From NCBI GenBank assembly GCA_964291215.2, contig OZ219791.1, forward strand, positions 640,001 to 704,000: a DNA stretch of 64,000 nt. The letters are read 5' to 3'. A program made the translations under genes and the position numbers. This DNA is from Alphaproteobacteria bacterium. Lineage in GTDB: Bacteria > Pseudomonadota > Alphaproteobacteria > MPNO01 > UBA830. The notes under the pieces were generated by a model. It worked only from the letters and a program-made list of their open reading frames with translations, ran no database searches and was not told the origin of the DNA. This document shows positions 22,937 through 32,798 of this stretch, piece after piece (the stretch's first letter is position 1; every line of letters starts with the position of its first letter).

Positions 22937-24800
22937 AGTGCCCGCGCGGAAAAGACCGTTTTGGCTGAGATTCCGGCGAAATTTCTGGTTTGATCGCCCT
23001 TCCGGGTCCCGCTCCGTTTTCGGGGGGATTCCTGCTGATTCGCGACGGTATCAGGGCTCTTCCAGCCGAGAAGCCGGACGAGCGGCTCCGTTCCCGCTCT
23101 CGGCGGGTGGGTGGGGTAGAGGGACGCCGCCGTCAGGCGGCGCGTTTTCGTCGTCGTCGGGCCCGTCTGTGCAACAGCAGGCGGTGGACATTGAAGGCGA
23201 CCATGGACAGCGCCACCATCCGCGCAAAGCCGTCCGCCCCACAGGACCTGGTCCATGCCGCGTTGCTCAAGATTGTTGATCGCCGACTTCACGTGCTGTC
23301 GGCGCGTCTCCCGGAACGTCGGGTCAGCTTCCCGGTCCACCCGACCAAGCTTTCTCTTCTTCGGCAGCGCGTCCAGCAGTTCGTCCAGTGCAATCCGAGG
23401 GCTGTGGAAACCGCGATCGAAACTGCACAGGTCGGGGAAGCGAGCCTGTGCTTCCCGGATCATGGGCACCGCATGGTCCACGTCACTGCCCTCCCACAGG
23501 ATCCGGTGGTGCAGGAGGAAGCCGTGCTGGTCCTCCAGCACGGCCACCGGCACGCCGAGTTCCACCGGCACTTGCCTTTCACGCACCAGCGCTCCTCGAA
23601 GATCGAAAACACCTTCTCTTCCTGCGGGATCTTCTCGCCTTAGGCGGCGGTCTACTTGGTCGATCTGCCGGCGGGCATGGTACGACTGGATCTTGAGAAT
23701 TCTCAAGGCTCCGACGCCTTTCTCCACAAGTGCCGGAACCGTCTCCTGCGCTCCAACTCCCGGCTGTCGTCGAGGTACCATCCTCCGAAGAGGCCCGCCA
23801 GATCTCTTCTGAAAGCGCTTCCCGCGGCTCCGATGCTGCCACTGCCGTCACCCCCGCGAGCACGGCTGCGCACCAGACAACGCATCGCATCCCACAGCAG
23901 GTTGACGTCCGTCGGGTAGTGCACCACGAACGAATCGCAGCGGCCCCGCAAGGGACCTTGCCGCTCTTGCGGACCATCGCATGGCCGCTCTCCGCCACCA
24001 GCTGCGATACCTTCTCTAGCACTTCCGGCGTCAGATGGCTCACGTTCTCCAGCACCGTCCGATAGCTGTACCTCGTGTTGTCCCGGATATCGCCGTGGTC
24101 CGGGAACTTCCGAACCGTCTCGTTCACCAGTTCGTGCAGATGATCGAGCATCCATGTTTCTTGGCAAGGTTTTTTGCGGGTGTTTGTGGTGATGTTTTCT
24201 GTGGTTGTCCACAAGCGGTGTGGGATTTGCTCTGCGAGCGAGGCGGCATGAAGCTTGTGGTCCCGGCGGCGGGTTGCCGTCCATTGGTCACGTGAACGCG
24301 GCTACCTTGCCGTCCCCGGGCATGGTAACGTGACTGTCTGGGTTCCAGGTGTCCCAAGGCGGTTCGGTCTCCTCGATGTCGGCCTCGACGATGATCTGCA
24401 GACATTCTCCCCAAGTCGTGTCGTAGAGGGAGACTGTCGATACAGTGCTTCAGGAGACCCATCACCAGGATCTTCCACTGCGCCGGGACGCCCTTTCCTG
24501 TGGGACACTCTCGGAAGAATCCCCTCCTCCAGGATCCTGAACAGCCGGGTCGGCATACACGTGCTGAATCCCGCGCATGTCATCCCGCGGGTCTTTGCTG
24601 AGATCGATCTTCTCGATCGCAACCTGGCCCAATTCCAGCTGCGGAACGTTTCGCATGGCAATTCTCGCGAAGTTTTCCGAAAATCCGGCGGATTCCCGGT
24701 CTGATCGGCCAATTCCCGCCCCAAAGCGGGATTATTCGTCCCCTTCAAATCACGATTTCACCAAAAAAATCAAGCGATTTTATATTTTTCCGCAGGCATT
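22937..24800 (-). mobile_element. ISNCY-like element relic
   Basis: Ends AGTGCCCGCGCGGAAA / TTTTTCCGCAGGCATT; fragments VHYPTDVNLLWDAMR, VELGVPV, CSFDRGFHSP, SAINNLE. Confidence 0.7.
24145..24446. repeat. ~300-bp dispersed repeat, copy 1 (inside the ISNCY-like relic)
   Basis: Highly similar to 45331-45625. Confidence 0.85.
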
Positions 24801-24984
24801 AGTTACAATTACCGAAAAATGCGGACACTCGATATGCTGAAATCAACGGACTCTATAGTGTCAGGTTGAAAACCCGGCGGCTTCGTTCCGGGTCGCCGCC
24901 GCGGGCGCCAGGCGCAGGGACCCGCGGTTGCGGCCCGTGGGCCGTCGGCTCCGGAAAGCGCGGCCCCGTGGACAGCCCGGTCAG

Positions 24985-25290
24985 TGTTCGTGGCCTGTAT
25001 TCTCCGGATCCGGTCCGGCCAGGTCGATCGGATGCAGGCCAGGATGTCCCAGATCTCGTCACCGGTCAGGACATCGCCAAGGCTGGACATGCCGCTCTTG
25101 AACCGGATAATGCCCCGCGCCTCCATCAGGACCTCTCCGCCGAATTTGGTGTAGTCGAAGAGAAGCTGATTGTCGTGGTGCCAGGTGTGGCCGCTCGCAT
25201 CGTGCGGCGGCGTGCTGTTCCGGTTCCGCACCGTCGCCTTCCTGCCCCAGAATCGCGCTCGGCGAGCCCTCCACATGTCGCCGTGATGTG
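24985..25290 (-). pseudogene. Cytochrome c fragment
   Basis: PPHDASGHTWHH, LLFDYTKFGG, SGM, EIWDILACIRSTWP; no intact CxxCH N-terminus. Confidence 0.6.
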
Positions 25291-25323
25291 GTGTTCGCGA
25301 CTCCTGGGTCAGGCTGTCAAGGC

Positions 25324-26085
25324 TCATTGCACCAGTGGTATCTCCGTAGCGGCGATGTCGTAGCCGGAAATCCGGGCGCTCCCCGCGAGCAGCTGAACGT
25401 ATTGCCGGAAGGCCCGTCGCCAGGACGCCTCCTTCAGGTAATCAGCGACCTTGTCGGCAACCGCTTCGTAGGGGAGTGCCCGGCCGGGCAGGCACTTGTC
25501 AACGCGCACGACATGGATGCCGTAACGCGTCTTCACCGGCACCGGCGAGATCTGTCCGCTTTCCAGATTGAACAGGAAGGTCTCCATCTCCGGCACCGTA
25601 TCGCCGCGCGAAACCTGACCGAGCCGGCCTTCGCTCTGTTTCGAGTCGCAGGCCGAATGCGCCCGCGCCAACTCGCCGAAGCGGTCCGGGGTCTCGTTCA
25701 GCGCTTCGATCAGGTTCTGGGCCTGAGCCTCCGCCCTTTTCCGCCCCTCCTCGTCTTCCGGCGGGGCGGCGAGCAGGATATGCGCGGCCTCGACCAGGTC
25801 CGGGCTGCGGAATCGCGCGCCGTTGTTCTCGTAGTAGCGGCGGCATTCGGCGTCCCCGGGCTCGGGGATGTCCACTTCGCGCTCAATCACCGCGCGGAGC
25901 GCCGCCGCTTCGTCCTCCTCGTCGATTCCGACTGCGCGCGCCCGATCCAGCAGGAGCGCACGAATCACCAGCCATTCAGTGGCGGCGTGCCGCGCCGCGG
26001 GGGCGTCTTCGGCCGGGTGATACTGCATCTCGCGCAGGATATCGTCCTCTGCGATGAGCCGGTCATTGACTCTGATCTCGCCCAT
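25324..26085 (-). CDS. PpiC-type peptidyl-prolyl isomerase (nar-associated, NifM-like)
   Basis: AAHILL, ARAHSACDS, GRLG, VKTRYGIHVV; follows narI. Confidence 0.88.
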   Translation of the reverse strand: MGEIRVNDRLIAEDDILREMQYHPAEDAPAARHAATEWLVIRALLLDRARAVGIDEEDEAAALRAVIEREVDIPEPGDAECRRYYENNGARFRSPDLVEAAHILLAAPPEDEEGRKRAEAQAQNLIEALNETPDRFGELARAHSACDSKQSEGRLGQVSRGDTVPEMETFLFNLESGQISPVPVKTRYGIHVVRVDKCLPGRALPYEAVADKVADYLKEASWRRAFRQYVQLLAGSARISGYDIAATEIPLVQ

Positions 26086-26092
26086 CGTCGCG

Positions 26093-26803
26093 TCAGGCTG
26101 CCCGCCGCCCGTCGCGGCTGCGGACCACCTGATAGCCGCGGCGCCCCAGATAGCCGACCGGCGCGCTCCAGATATGGACCAGCCGGCTGAACGGGAAGAT
26201 CAGGAAAATCGTGATGCCGAGAAAGATGTGCGCCTTGTAGACCCAGGCTACATCGACGACATGGATCGCGGCGTCGGCCTGGAAGGTGACGATCTTCTGG
26301 GCCCACAGCGACAGCGCGACCATGACCTCGCCGCCTTCGCGGTGCGCCCACGAGAACGGCAGGGTCGCCATGCCGAGCACGAGTTGCAGCCAAAGGAGGG
26401 CCAGGATCGCGATATCCATGGCGCTCGACGTCTTGCGGATGCGGGGGTCGAACAGGCGCCGGTGCAGGAGCATGGTCAGGCCGACAAAGCACACCGCGCC
26501 GAAGAAACCGCCGGCGGCGATTGCCAGCACCTGCTTGGCACCGGAGCTGAGGCCGAGGGCGTGGTAGATCTCCTGCGGGGTCAGCAGGCCGACGAGATGC
26601 CCGAAGAAGAGAAGCAGGATGCCGACATGGAATAGCACGCTGCCTACGATCAGCTGCCGGCGCCGCAGCAACTGGCTGGATCCGCTGCGCCAGGTGTATT
26701 GTTCGCGGTCGAAACGGATCAGGCTGCCCGCCAGGAACACGGTCGCCGCAAAATACGGGTAGTAGCCGAAGACGAGGATGTGAAACCAGTTACCCATGAT
26801 CAT
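26093..26803 (-). CDS. narI: Respiratory nitrate reductase gamma subunit
   Basis: FGYYPY, YTWRSGSSQLL, FHVGI, FPFSRLVHIWS; ATGA overlap with narJ stop. Confidence 0.95.
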   Translation of the reverse strand: MIMGNWFHILVFGYYPYFAATVFLAGSLIRFDREQYTWRSGSSQLLRRRQLIVGSVLFHVGILLLFFGHLVGLLTPQEIYHALGLSSGAKQVLAIAAGGFFGAVCFVGLTMLLHRRLFDPRIRKTSSAMDIAILALLWLQLVLGMATLPFSWAHREGGEVMVALSLWAQKIVTFQADAAIHVVDVAWVYKAHIFLGITIFLIFPFSRLVHIWSAPVGYLGRRGYQVVRSRDGRRAA

Positions 26804-27504
26804 GCTCCGTCCCGTTCGCCGCCGCGTGCGGCGAACGTGAGTTCCGCCATGCGGTTGAGAGTGTCGCGCACCGCCCCGCACGCGCCGTCGCCGGTGCCGG
26901 CAAAGGCCGGTGCTTCCTCCCAATCCTTGTCGATCTCCGCAGCTTCCTCCGCGGGCGGCTTGTCGTGCTCCAGCAGGCCCTCCACCACGGCGCGATCCGG
27001 TTTTCTGCCGGCCAGCTCCTCGAGCGCCTGGAAGATTCCGGCATAGTCGCTATGGCGACGCTCCAGCCGGATGCGGATCGCGGCGAGGATATGGGCCACA
27101 TCCGACAGCAGTCCGGCCGCTTCCTCGGGCTCGGTCAATGACAGGAATTCGAGGAAGAGCGGCAGATAGTCGGGCAGTTCGTTGACGTCAATGCTGTAGC
27201 CGTGCGCCTCGTAATGGGCCGCCAAGTTTATCATTGCCTGACCGCGATCGCGGGATTCGCCGTGGATGTGCTCGAACAGGTGAAGAGACAGGCTGCGCGA
27301 CCGGTCGAACAGGCCGACATAGGTCTCCTGCGTCGTCAACAGATCGCCGAGTCCGAGTCGTGCTGCCAGCCCGTCGATCGCGGTCCGCCCGCGCCGGGAC
27401 AACCGTTTCTCCGCATTGACGATCGCGGCGATCTCGCCCGCCGCGCCCGCCAGCTCGGCGGTCGGGTATTGCAAGAGCGCGCCGAGGGCGCGGTAGATTT
27501 TCAT
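26800..27504 (-). CDS. narJ: Nitrate reductase molybdenum cofactor assembly chaperone
   Basis: YVGLFDRSRSLSLHLFEHIHGESRDRGQAM, ELPDYLPLFLEFL. Confidence 0.95.
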   Translation of the reverse strand: MKIYRALGALLQYPTAELAGAAGEIAAIVNAEKRLSRRGRTAIDGLAARLGLGDLLTTQETYVGLFDRSRSLSLHLFEHIHGESRDRGQAMINLAAHYEAHGYSIDVNELPDYLPLFLEFLSLTEPEEAAGLLSDVAHILAAIRIRLERRHSDYAGIFQALEELAGRKPDRAVVEGLLEHDKPPAEEAAEIDKDWEEAPAFAGTGDGACGAVRDTLNRMAELTFAARGGERDGA

Positions 27505-29045
27505 CACTCTGCCGCCGCGCCGACCGAGCGCCCGCCGGCGCTCGGCCCCACCCGCACGTCGTGGCTGAACAGGTCGATCTTGTCGCCGCCGCCGCTGCAC
27601 CCGTCGCCAAAGCTGAAACCGCACTCGCCGCGCAGGTCGAACGCCTCTTCAGCATATTCGCGATGGGTGGTCGGGATCACGAACCTGTCCTCGTAGTTGG
27701 CGATCGCCATGGTCTGGTACATGTCCTCGATGTCGGTCTCGGTCAGCCCGACCTGCTCCAGGGCGCGAGTTTCCCGCCGTCCGTCGACATGCTTGGCGCG
27801 CATGTAGACCCGCATGGCCAGCATCCGTTCCAGGCCCAGCCTGACGGGCCCTTCGTCGCCTGCAGTCAGCATGTTGGCAAGGTACTTGAGCGGTATGCGG
27901 AGCTGGGACACGTCAGGGATCAGCCCCTCCGAGCCCAGTATTCCGGTCTCTGCCGCCGACTGGATCGGGGACAGCGGCGGTACGTACCAGACCATCGGCA
28001 GGGTACGGTATTCCGGGTGCAGCGGGAAGGCGACTTTCCAGTCCATTGCCATGCGATAGACCGGCGAGCGCTGCGCCGCATCGATCCACGCCTGCGGCAC
28101 CCCGTCCCGGAGTGCCTGCCGGATCACCTCGGGATCGTGGGGATCGAGAAATATGTCGAGTTGCGCACCATACAGATCCTGCGGGTCCGCCGCCGCCGCC
28201 GCGGCTTCGATCCGGTCGGCATCGTACATCAGCACGCCGAGATAGCGGATGCGTCCGACGCAGGTCTCGGAACAGACGGTCGGTTCCCCCGCCTCGATCC
28301 GCGGATAGCAGAAGATGCACTTCTCCGATTTGCCGGATCGCCAGTTGTAATAGATCTTCTTGTAGGGGCAGGCCGAGACGCACATGCGCCAGCCGCGGCA
28401 CTTGTCCTGGTCGATCAGGACGATGCCGTCCTCCTCGCGCTTGTAGATCGCTCCCGACGGGCAGGCAGCGACGCAGGAGGGGTTCAGGCAATGCTCGCAC
28501 AGCCGCGGCAGGTACATCATGAAGGTGTTCTCGAACTGACCGTAGATTTCCTTCTCGACCGCTTCGAAATTCACGTCCTTGCTGCGCTTGTCGAATTCGC
28601 CGCCGAGAATTTCCTCCCAGTTCGGCCCCCACTGCACCTTTTCCATGCGTTTGCCGCTGATCAGCGAGCGCGGGCGCGCCGTCGGCGGGGTCCGCGACTC
28701 CGGTGCGTCCTGCAGATGCTCGTAATCGAAGGTGAAAGGTTCGTAATAGTCGTCGATCTGCGGCATGTCCGGATTGGCGAAGATCTTCGCCAGGATGCGC
28801 AGCTTGCCGCCCATCTTCGGCGCGATGCGGCCGTTTCTCTTGCGCACCCAGCCGCCGTTCCAGACATCCTGGTTCTCCCATTCCTTGGGATAGCCAACGC
28901 CCGGCTTGGTCTCGACATTGTTGAACCAGGCGTATTCCATGCCCTCGCGGCTGGTCCAGACGTTCTTGCAGGTCACCGAACAGGTATGGCAACCGATGCA
29001 CTTGTCGAGGTTCAGGACCTTGCCGATCTGCGCACGAACCTTCAT
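27504..29045 (-). CDS. narH: Respiratory nitrate reductase beta subunit
   Basis: NLDKCIGCHTCSVTCK and further Fe-S cysteine clusters. Confidence 0.97.
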   Translation of the reverse strand: MKVRAQIGKVLNLDKCIGCHTCSVTCKNVWTSREGMEYAWFNNVETKPGVGYPKEWENQDVWNGGWVRKRNGRIAPKMGGKLRILAKIFANPDMPQIDDYYEPFTFDYEHLQDAPESRTPPTARPRSLISGKRMEKVQWGPNWEEILGGEFDKRSKDVNFEAVEKEIYGQFENTFMMYLPRLCEHCLNPSCVAACPSGAIYKREEDGIVLIDQDKCRGWRMCVSACPYKKIYYNWRSGKSEKCIFCYPRIEAGEPTVCSETCVGRIRYLGVLMYDADRIEAAAAAADPQDLYGAQLDIFLDPHDPEVIRQALRDGVPQAWIDAAQRSPVYRMAMDWKVAFPLHPEYRTLPMVWYVPPLSPIQSAAETGILGSEGLIPDVSQLRIPLKYLANMLTAGDEGPVRLGLERMLAMRVYMRAKHVDGRRETRALEQVGLTETDIEDMYQTMAIANYEDRFVIPTTHREYAEEAFDLRGECGFSFGDGCSGGGDKIDLFSHDVRVGPSAGGRSVGAAAE

Positions 29046-32000
29046 TCCACTGCCTCCATCGAGGTGGGCCGGTAGGGGCCTTCCATCCAGTCCACCGTCT
29101 GCATCTTGCGCACGATCACGAACTCGTCGCGGTTCGAGCCGACGGTGCCATAGTAGTTGAAACCGTAAGATTGCTGGGCGTAGCCGCCGACCATGTGGGT
29201 CGGCTTGACCGTGGTCCGGGTCACGGAGTTGTGGATCCCGCCGCGCCCGCCCGTCACCTCGCTGCCGGGCACGTTCACGATCTTTTCCTGAGCGTGGTAC
29301 ATCAGCGTCATGCCCTCGGGCACGCGCTGGCTGACTACCGCGCGCGCGACCAGCGCACCGTTGGTGTTGTAGGCCTCGATCCAGTCATTGTCCTCGACGC
29401 CGATCTTCCGGGCGTCGGTTTCGCTGACCCAGACGATCGGGCCGCCGCGCGAAAGCGTCAACATCAGCAGGTTGTCGGTATAGGTGCTGTGGATGCCCCA
29501 TTTCTGGTGCGGGGTGATGAAGTTAAGCACAACCTGTGGGCTGCCGTTGTCCTTGTCGTCGATCAGCGGTCGGATTGTCTTGGTGTCGATCGGCGGCTTG
29601 TAGACACAGAGCTGCTCGCCGAAGGCGCGCATCCACAGATGGTCTTGGTAGAGCTGCTGGCGGCCGCTGAGCGTGCGCCAGGGTATCAACTCGTGCACGT
29701 TGGTATATCCGGCGGTGTAGGTGACATGTTCCGCCTCCACGCCGGACCAAGTCGGCGACGAGATGATCTTGCGCGGCTGCGCCTGCAGGTCGCGAAAGCG
29801 CAGCTTGTCCTCCTCGCGGGCCGCCGCCAGATGCTGGTGCGCGCGCCCCGTCGATTTGCCCAGCGACATCCAGGCCTTGACTGCCACATGGCCGTTGGTC
29901 TCGGGCGCCAGTGCCAGCACGACCTCGGCGGCGTCGATATCGCTGTCGATCTTCGGCAGGCCCTGCGAGACGCCGTCCTCGCGCACCACGCCGTTCAACC
30001 GCTCAAGGAACGTGACCTCGTCCTCAGTGTTCCAGTTGATGCCCTTGCCGCCGTTGCCCGCCTTGGCCATCAGCGGTCCCAGCGCGGTGAATTTCTTGTA
30101 GGTGTTCGGATAGTCGCGTTCGACCACCACCATGTTGGGCATGGTCTTCCCCGGCGCGGGTTCGCACTCGCCTTTCTTCCAGTCCCTGACCTCGGTCGCC
30201 TGGGCCAGTTCCGCCGGGGTGTCGTGCAGGGTCGGCGCCAGCACGAGGTCGCGCTCGACGCCGAGCACGCCTTCGGCGATCTCGGAGAACTTCTTTGCGA
30301 TTCCCTTGAAGATCTCCCAGTCGCTGCGGGACTCCCACACCGGATCGACCGCAGCCGACAGCGGGTGGATGAAGGGATGCATGTCCGAGGTGTTGAGGTC
30401 GTTCTTCTCGTACCAGGTCGCCGTCGGCAGCACGATGTCGGAGTAGAGACAGGTCGTCGACATGCGGAAATCGAGCGTGACCAGGAGATCGAGCTTGCCT
30501 TCGGGCGCGGCGTCGTGCCACGCGACCTCGACCGGTTTCCGGCCTTCGGTTTCGCCGAGATCCTTGCCCTGCACGCCGTGCTGGGTGCCGAGCAGGTGTT
30601 TCAGGAAATACTCATGCCCCTTGCCGCTGGAACCCAGAAGGTTGGAACGCCACACGAAAAGATTGCGGGGCCAGTTCCGGGGATCGTCGGGATCCTCGCA
30701 GGACATGCGCAGGGTGCCGGCCTGGAGCGCGGTGACCACCGCCGCGACCGGATCCTCGTCGCCGGCGGCTCGGGTCACCTGCAGCGGGTTGGTCTCGAGT
30801 TGCGGTGCGGAAGGCAGCCAGCCCATGCGTTCGGACCGCACGTTGAAATCGATGAGGCTCAGGGCCTCCCATTCGCCTTCGGGGGCAAGCGGCGAGATAA
30901 TCTCGTCGACATCCAGCTTTTCGTAGCGCCACTGGTCGGTATGGCTGTACCAGAAGGAAGTGCTGTTCATGTGCCGTGGTGGACGGTTCCAGTCCAGCGC
31001 GAAGGCAAGCGGCAGCCAGCCGGTCTGCGGGCGCAGCTTTTCCTGGCCCACATAGTGCGACCAGCCGCCGCCGGACTTGCCGACGCACCCGCACATCACC
31101 AGCATGTTGATGATGCCGCGGTAGATCATGTCCATGTGGTACCAGTGGTTGAGGGCTGCTCCGACGATGACCATCGAGCGGCCCTCGGTCTTGTGCGCAT
31201 TTTCCGCGAACTGGCGGGCGACGGCGATCACCTTGTTGGGCGCGACCCCGGTGATGCGTTCCTGCCATGCTGGGGTGTAGGGCATGTCGTCGTCGAACGA
31301 CTCGGCCACGTTGTCGCCGCCGAGGCCGCGGTCCAGCCCGTAATTGGCGACGAACAGATCGAACACCGTGGCGACCAGCGCCTCGCCGTTGCGTGTCGCG
31401 ACCTTCATCACCGGCACGTTGCGCCAGAGTACCTCGTCGTGATCGGTGCCGGCGAAATGGTTGTGCGCGGTGTTGCCGAAATAGGGGAAACCGACCGATG
31501 CGACATCGTCCCTGATGTCGATCAGGCTCAGCCGCAACCTGGTGGCCGCGCCGTCGGCGCCGTCCTTTTCCTCGATGTTCCACTTGCCGGCCTCGCCCCA
31601 GCGAAAGCCGATCGACCCCACCGGGCAGACCAACGAGTCGTCGCGGCTTTCGTCCACGGCGATGGTCTTCCATTCGGGGTTGTTGGATTGTCCCAGCGCG
31701 TCCGTCAGGTCCGACGCTCGCAGCATGCGGTCCGGCACGTGGCCGCCGCCGGAGTCGCGCAGGGTGACCAGCATCGGCATGTCGGTGTAGCGGCGGCAAT
31801 AGTCCTCGAAATACGCGCTTTTGCCGCCGAGATGCCATTCCCTGAGGATGACGTGCCCCATCGCCATCGCCATCGCCGCGTCGGTGCCTTGCTTGGGGTT
31901 GAGCCAGATGTCGGCGAATTTCGACGCCTCGCTGTAATCGGGCGTGACCGTCACCGTGGTTGCGCCCTTGTAGCGAACCTCGGTCATGAAGTGGGCGTCG

Positions 32001-32785
32001 GGCGTGCGCGTCTGCGGCACGTTCGAGCCCCACATCATCAGGAAGGTGGCGTTGTACCAGTCCGCGCTTTCCGGAACGTCGGTCTGCTCGCCCCAGGTCT
32101 GCGGGCTGGACGGCGGCAGATCGCAGTACCAGTCGTAGAAGCTCATACACACGCCGCCGATCAGTGATAGATAGCGCGAGCCGGCGGCGTAGGAGACCAT
32201 CGACATCGCCGGAATCGGCGAAAAGCCGATGACGCGGTCGGGCCCGTGGGTCTTGACGGTGTAGAGGTTGGCCGCCGCCACGATTTCGTTGACCTCGTCC
32301 CAGTCCGAGCGGACGAAGCCTCCCAGCCCGCGGACCTGCTGGTAGTCGTTGCGTTTCCCGGGATCCTCGACGATCGACGCCCAGGCCGCGACCGGCGCCA
32401 AGGTCTTGCGTGCCTCGCGCCAGTGCCGGATCAGTCGGCTGCGCACAAGCGGATATTTCAGCCGGTTGGCGCTGTAGATGTACCAGGAATAGCTGGCGCC
32501 GCGCGAACAGCCGCGGGGCTCGTGATTGGGCAGGTCCGGCCGCGTCCGCGGATAGTCGGTCTGCTGGGTCTCCCAGGTTATGATTCCGCCCTTGACGTAG
32601 ATCTTCCAGCTGCACGAACCGGTGCAGTTCACGCCGTGGGTCGAGCGCACCACCTTGTCGTGCTGCCAGCGCGCGCGGTAGGCGTCCTCCCAGTCGCGAT
32701 CCTCGTTGGTGACGATTCCGTGCCCGTCCGAGAAGGTGTCGACGGTCTTTCTGAAGAAGGTCAGCCGATCCAGGAAATGGCTCAT
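29042..32785 (-). CDS. narG: Respiratory nitrate reductase alpha subunit
   Basis: RSTHGVNCTGSCSW, YDWYCDLP, SSGKGHEYFLKH, TPHQKWGIHSTY; 1247 aa. Confidence 0.98.
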   Translation of the reverse strand: MSHFLDRLTFFRKTVDTFSDGHGIVTNEDRDWEDAYRARWQHDKVVRSTHGVNCTGSCSWKIYVKGGIITWETQQTDYPRTRPDLPNHEPRGCSRGASYSWYIYSANRLKYPLVRSRLIRHWREARKTLAPVAAWASIVEDPGKRNDYQQVRGLGGFVRSDWDEVNEIVAAANLYTVKTHGPDRVIGFSPIPAMSMVSYAAGSRYLSLIGGVCMSFYDWYCDLPPSSPQTWGEQTDVPESADWYNATFLMMWGSNVPQTRTPDAHFMTEVRYKGATTVTVTPDYSEASKFADIWLNPKQGTDAAMAMAMGHVILREWHLGGKSAYFEDYCRRYTDMPMLVTLRDSGGGHVPDRMLRASDLTDALGQSNNPEWKTIAVDESRDDSLVCPVGSIGFRWGEAGKWNIEEKDGADGAATRLRLSLIDIRDDVASVGFPYFGNTAHNHFAGTDHDEVLWRNVPVMKVATRNGEALVATVFDLFVANYGLDRGLGGDNVAESFDDDMPYTPAWQERITGVAPNKVIAVARQFAENAHKTEGRSMVIVGAALNHWYHMDMIYRGIINMLVMCGCVGKSGGGWSHYVGQEKLRPQTGWLPLAFALDWNRPPRHMNSTSFWYSHTDQWRYEKLDVDEIISPLAPEGEWEALSLIDFNVRSERMGWLPSAPQLETNPLQVTRAAGDEDPVAAVVTALQAGTLRMSCEDPDDPRNWPRNLFVWRSNLLGSSGKGHEYFLKHLLGTQHGVQGKDLGETEGRKPVEVAWHDAAPEGKLDLLVTLDFRMSTTCLYSDIVLPTATWYEKNDLNTSDMHPFIHPLSAAVDPVWESRSDWEIFKGIAKKFSEIAEGVLGVERDLVLAPTLHDTPAELAQATEVRDWKKGECEPAPGKTMPNMVVVERDYPNTYKKFTALGPLMAKAGNGGKGINWNTEDEVTFLERLNGVVREDGVSQGLPKIDSDIDAAEVVLALAPETNGHVAVKAWMSLGKSTGRAHQHLAAAREEDKLRFRDLQAQPRKIISSPTWSGVEAEHVTYTAGYTNVHELIPWRTLSGRQQLYQDHLWMRAFGEQLCVYKPPIDTKTIRPLIDDKDNGSPQVVLNFITPHQKWGIHSTYTDNLLMLTLSRGGPIVWVSETDARKIGVEDNDWIEAYNTNGALVARAVVSQRVPEGMTLMYHAQEKIVNVPGSEVTGGRGGIHNSVTRTTVKPTHMVGGYAQQSYGFNYYGTVGSNRDEFVIVRKMQTVDWMEGPYRPTSMEAVE

Positions 32786-32798
32786 CGGATCCGTCTCC

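Larger units (their letters stand above)
20874..24871 (+). mobile_element. DUF4338-IS4 element, frameshifted, interrupted by an ISNCY-like element
   Basis: Left end CCTTTCAACCC at 20874; DUF4338 segment (ARDDFIGWS, VVNNARLLILP, HTGTSYRAAGW) then Tn5-like segment (KAAYRLLSN, AIQDTT, ICDREGD); right end gtgtcaggttgaaa at ~24858-24871. Confidence 0.85.

Noticed and set aside
29171-32167. 998-aa plus-strand ORF (and similar long ORFs at 10973-13039 and 27561-29075)
   Set aside because: Antisense shadows of narG, the YyaL-like gene and narH caused by high-GC codon bias; no recognisable motifs.
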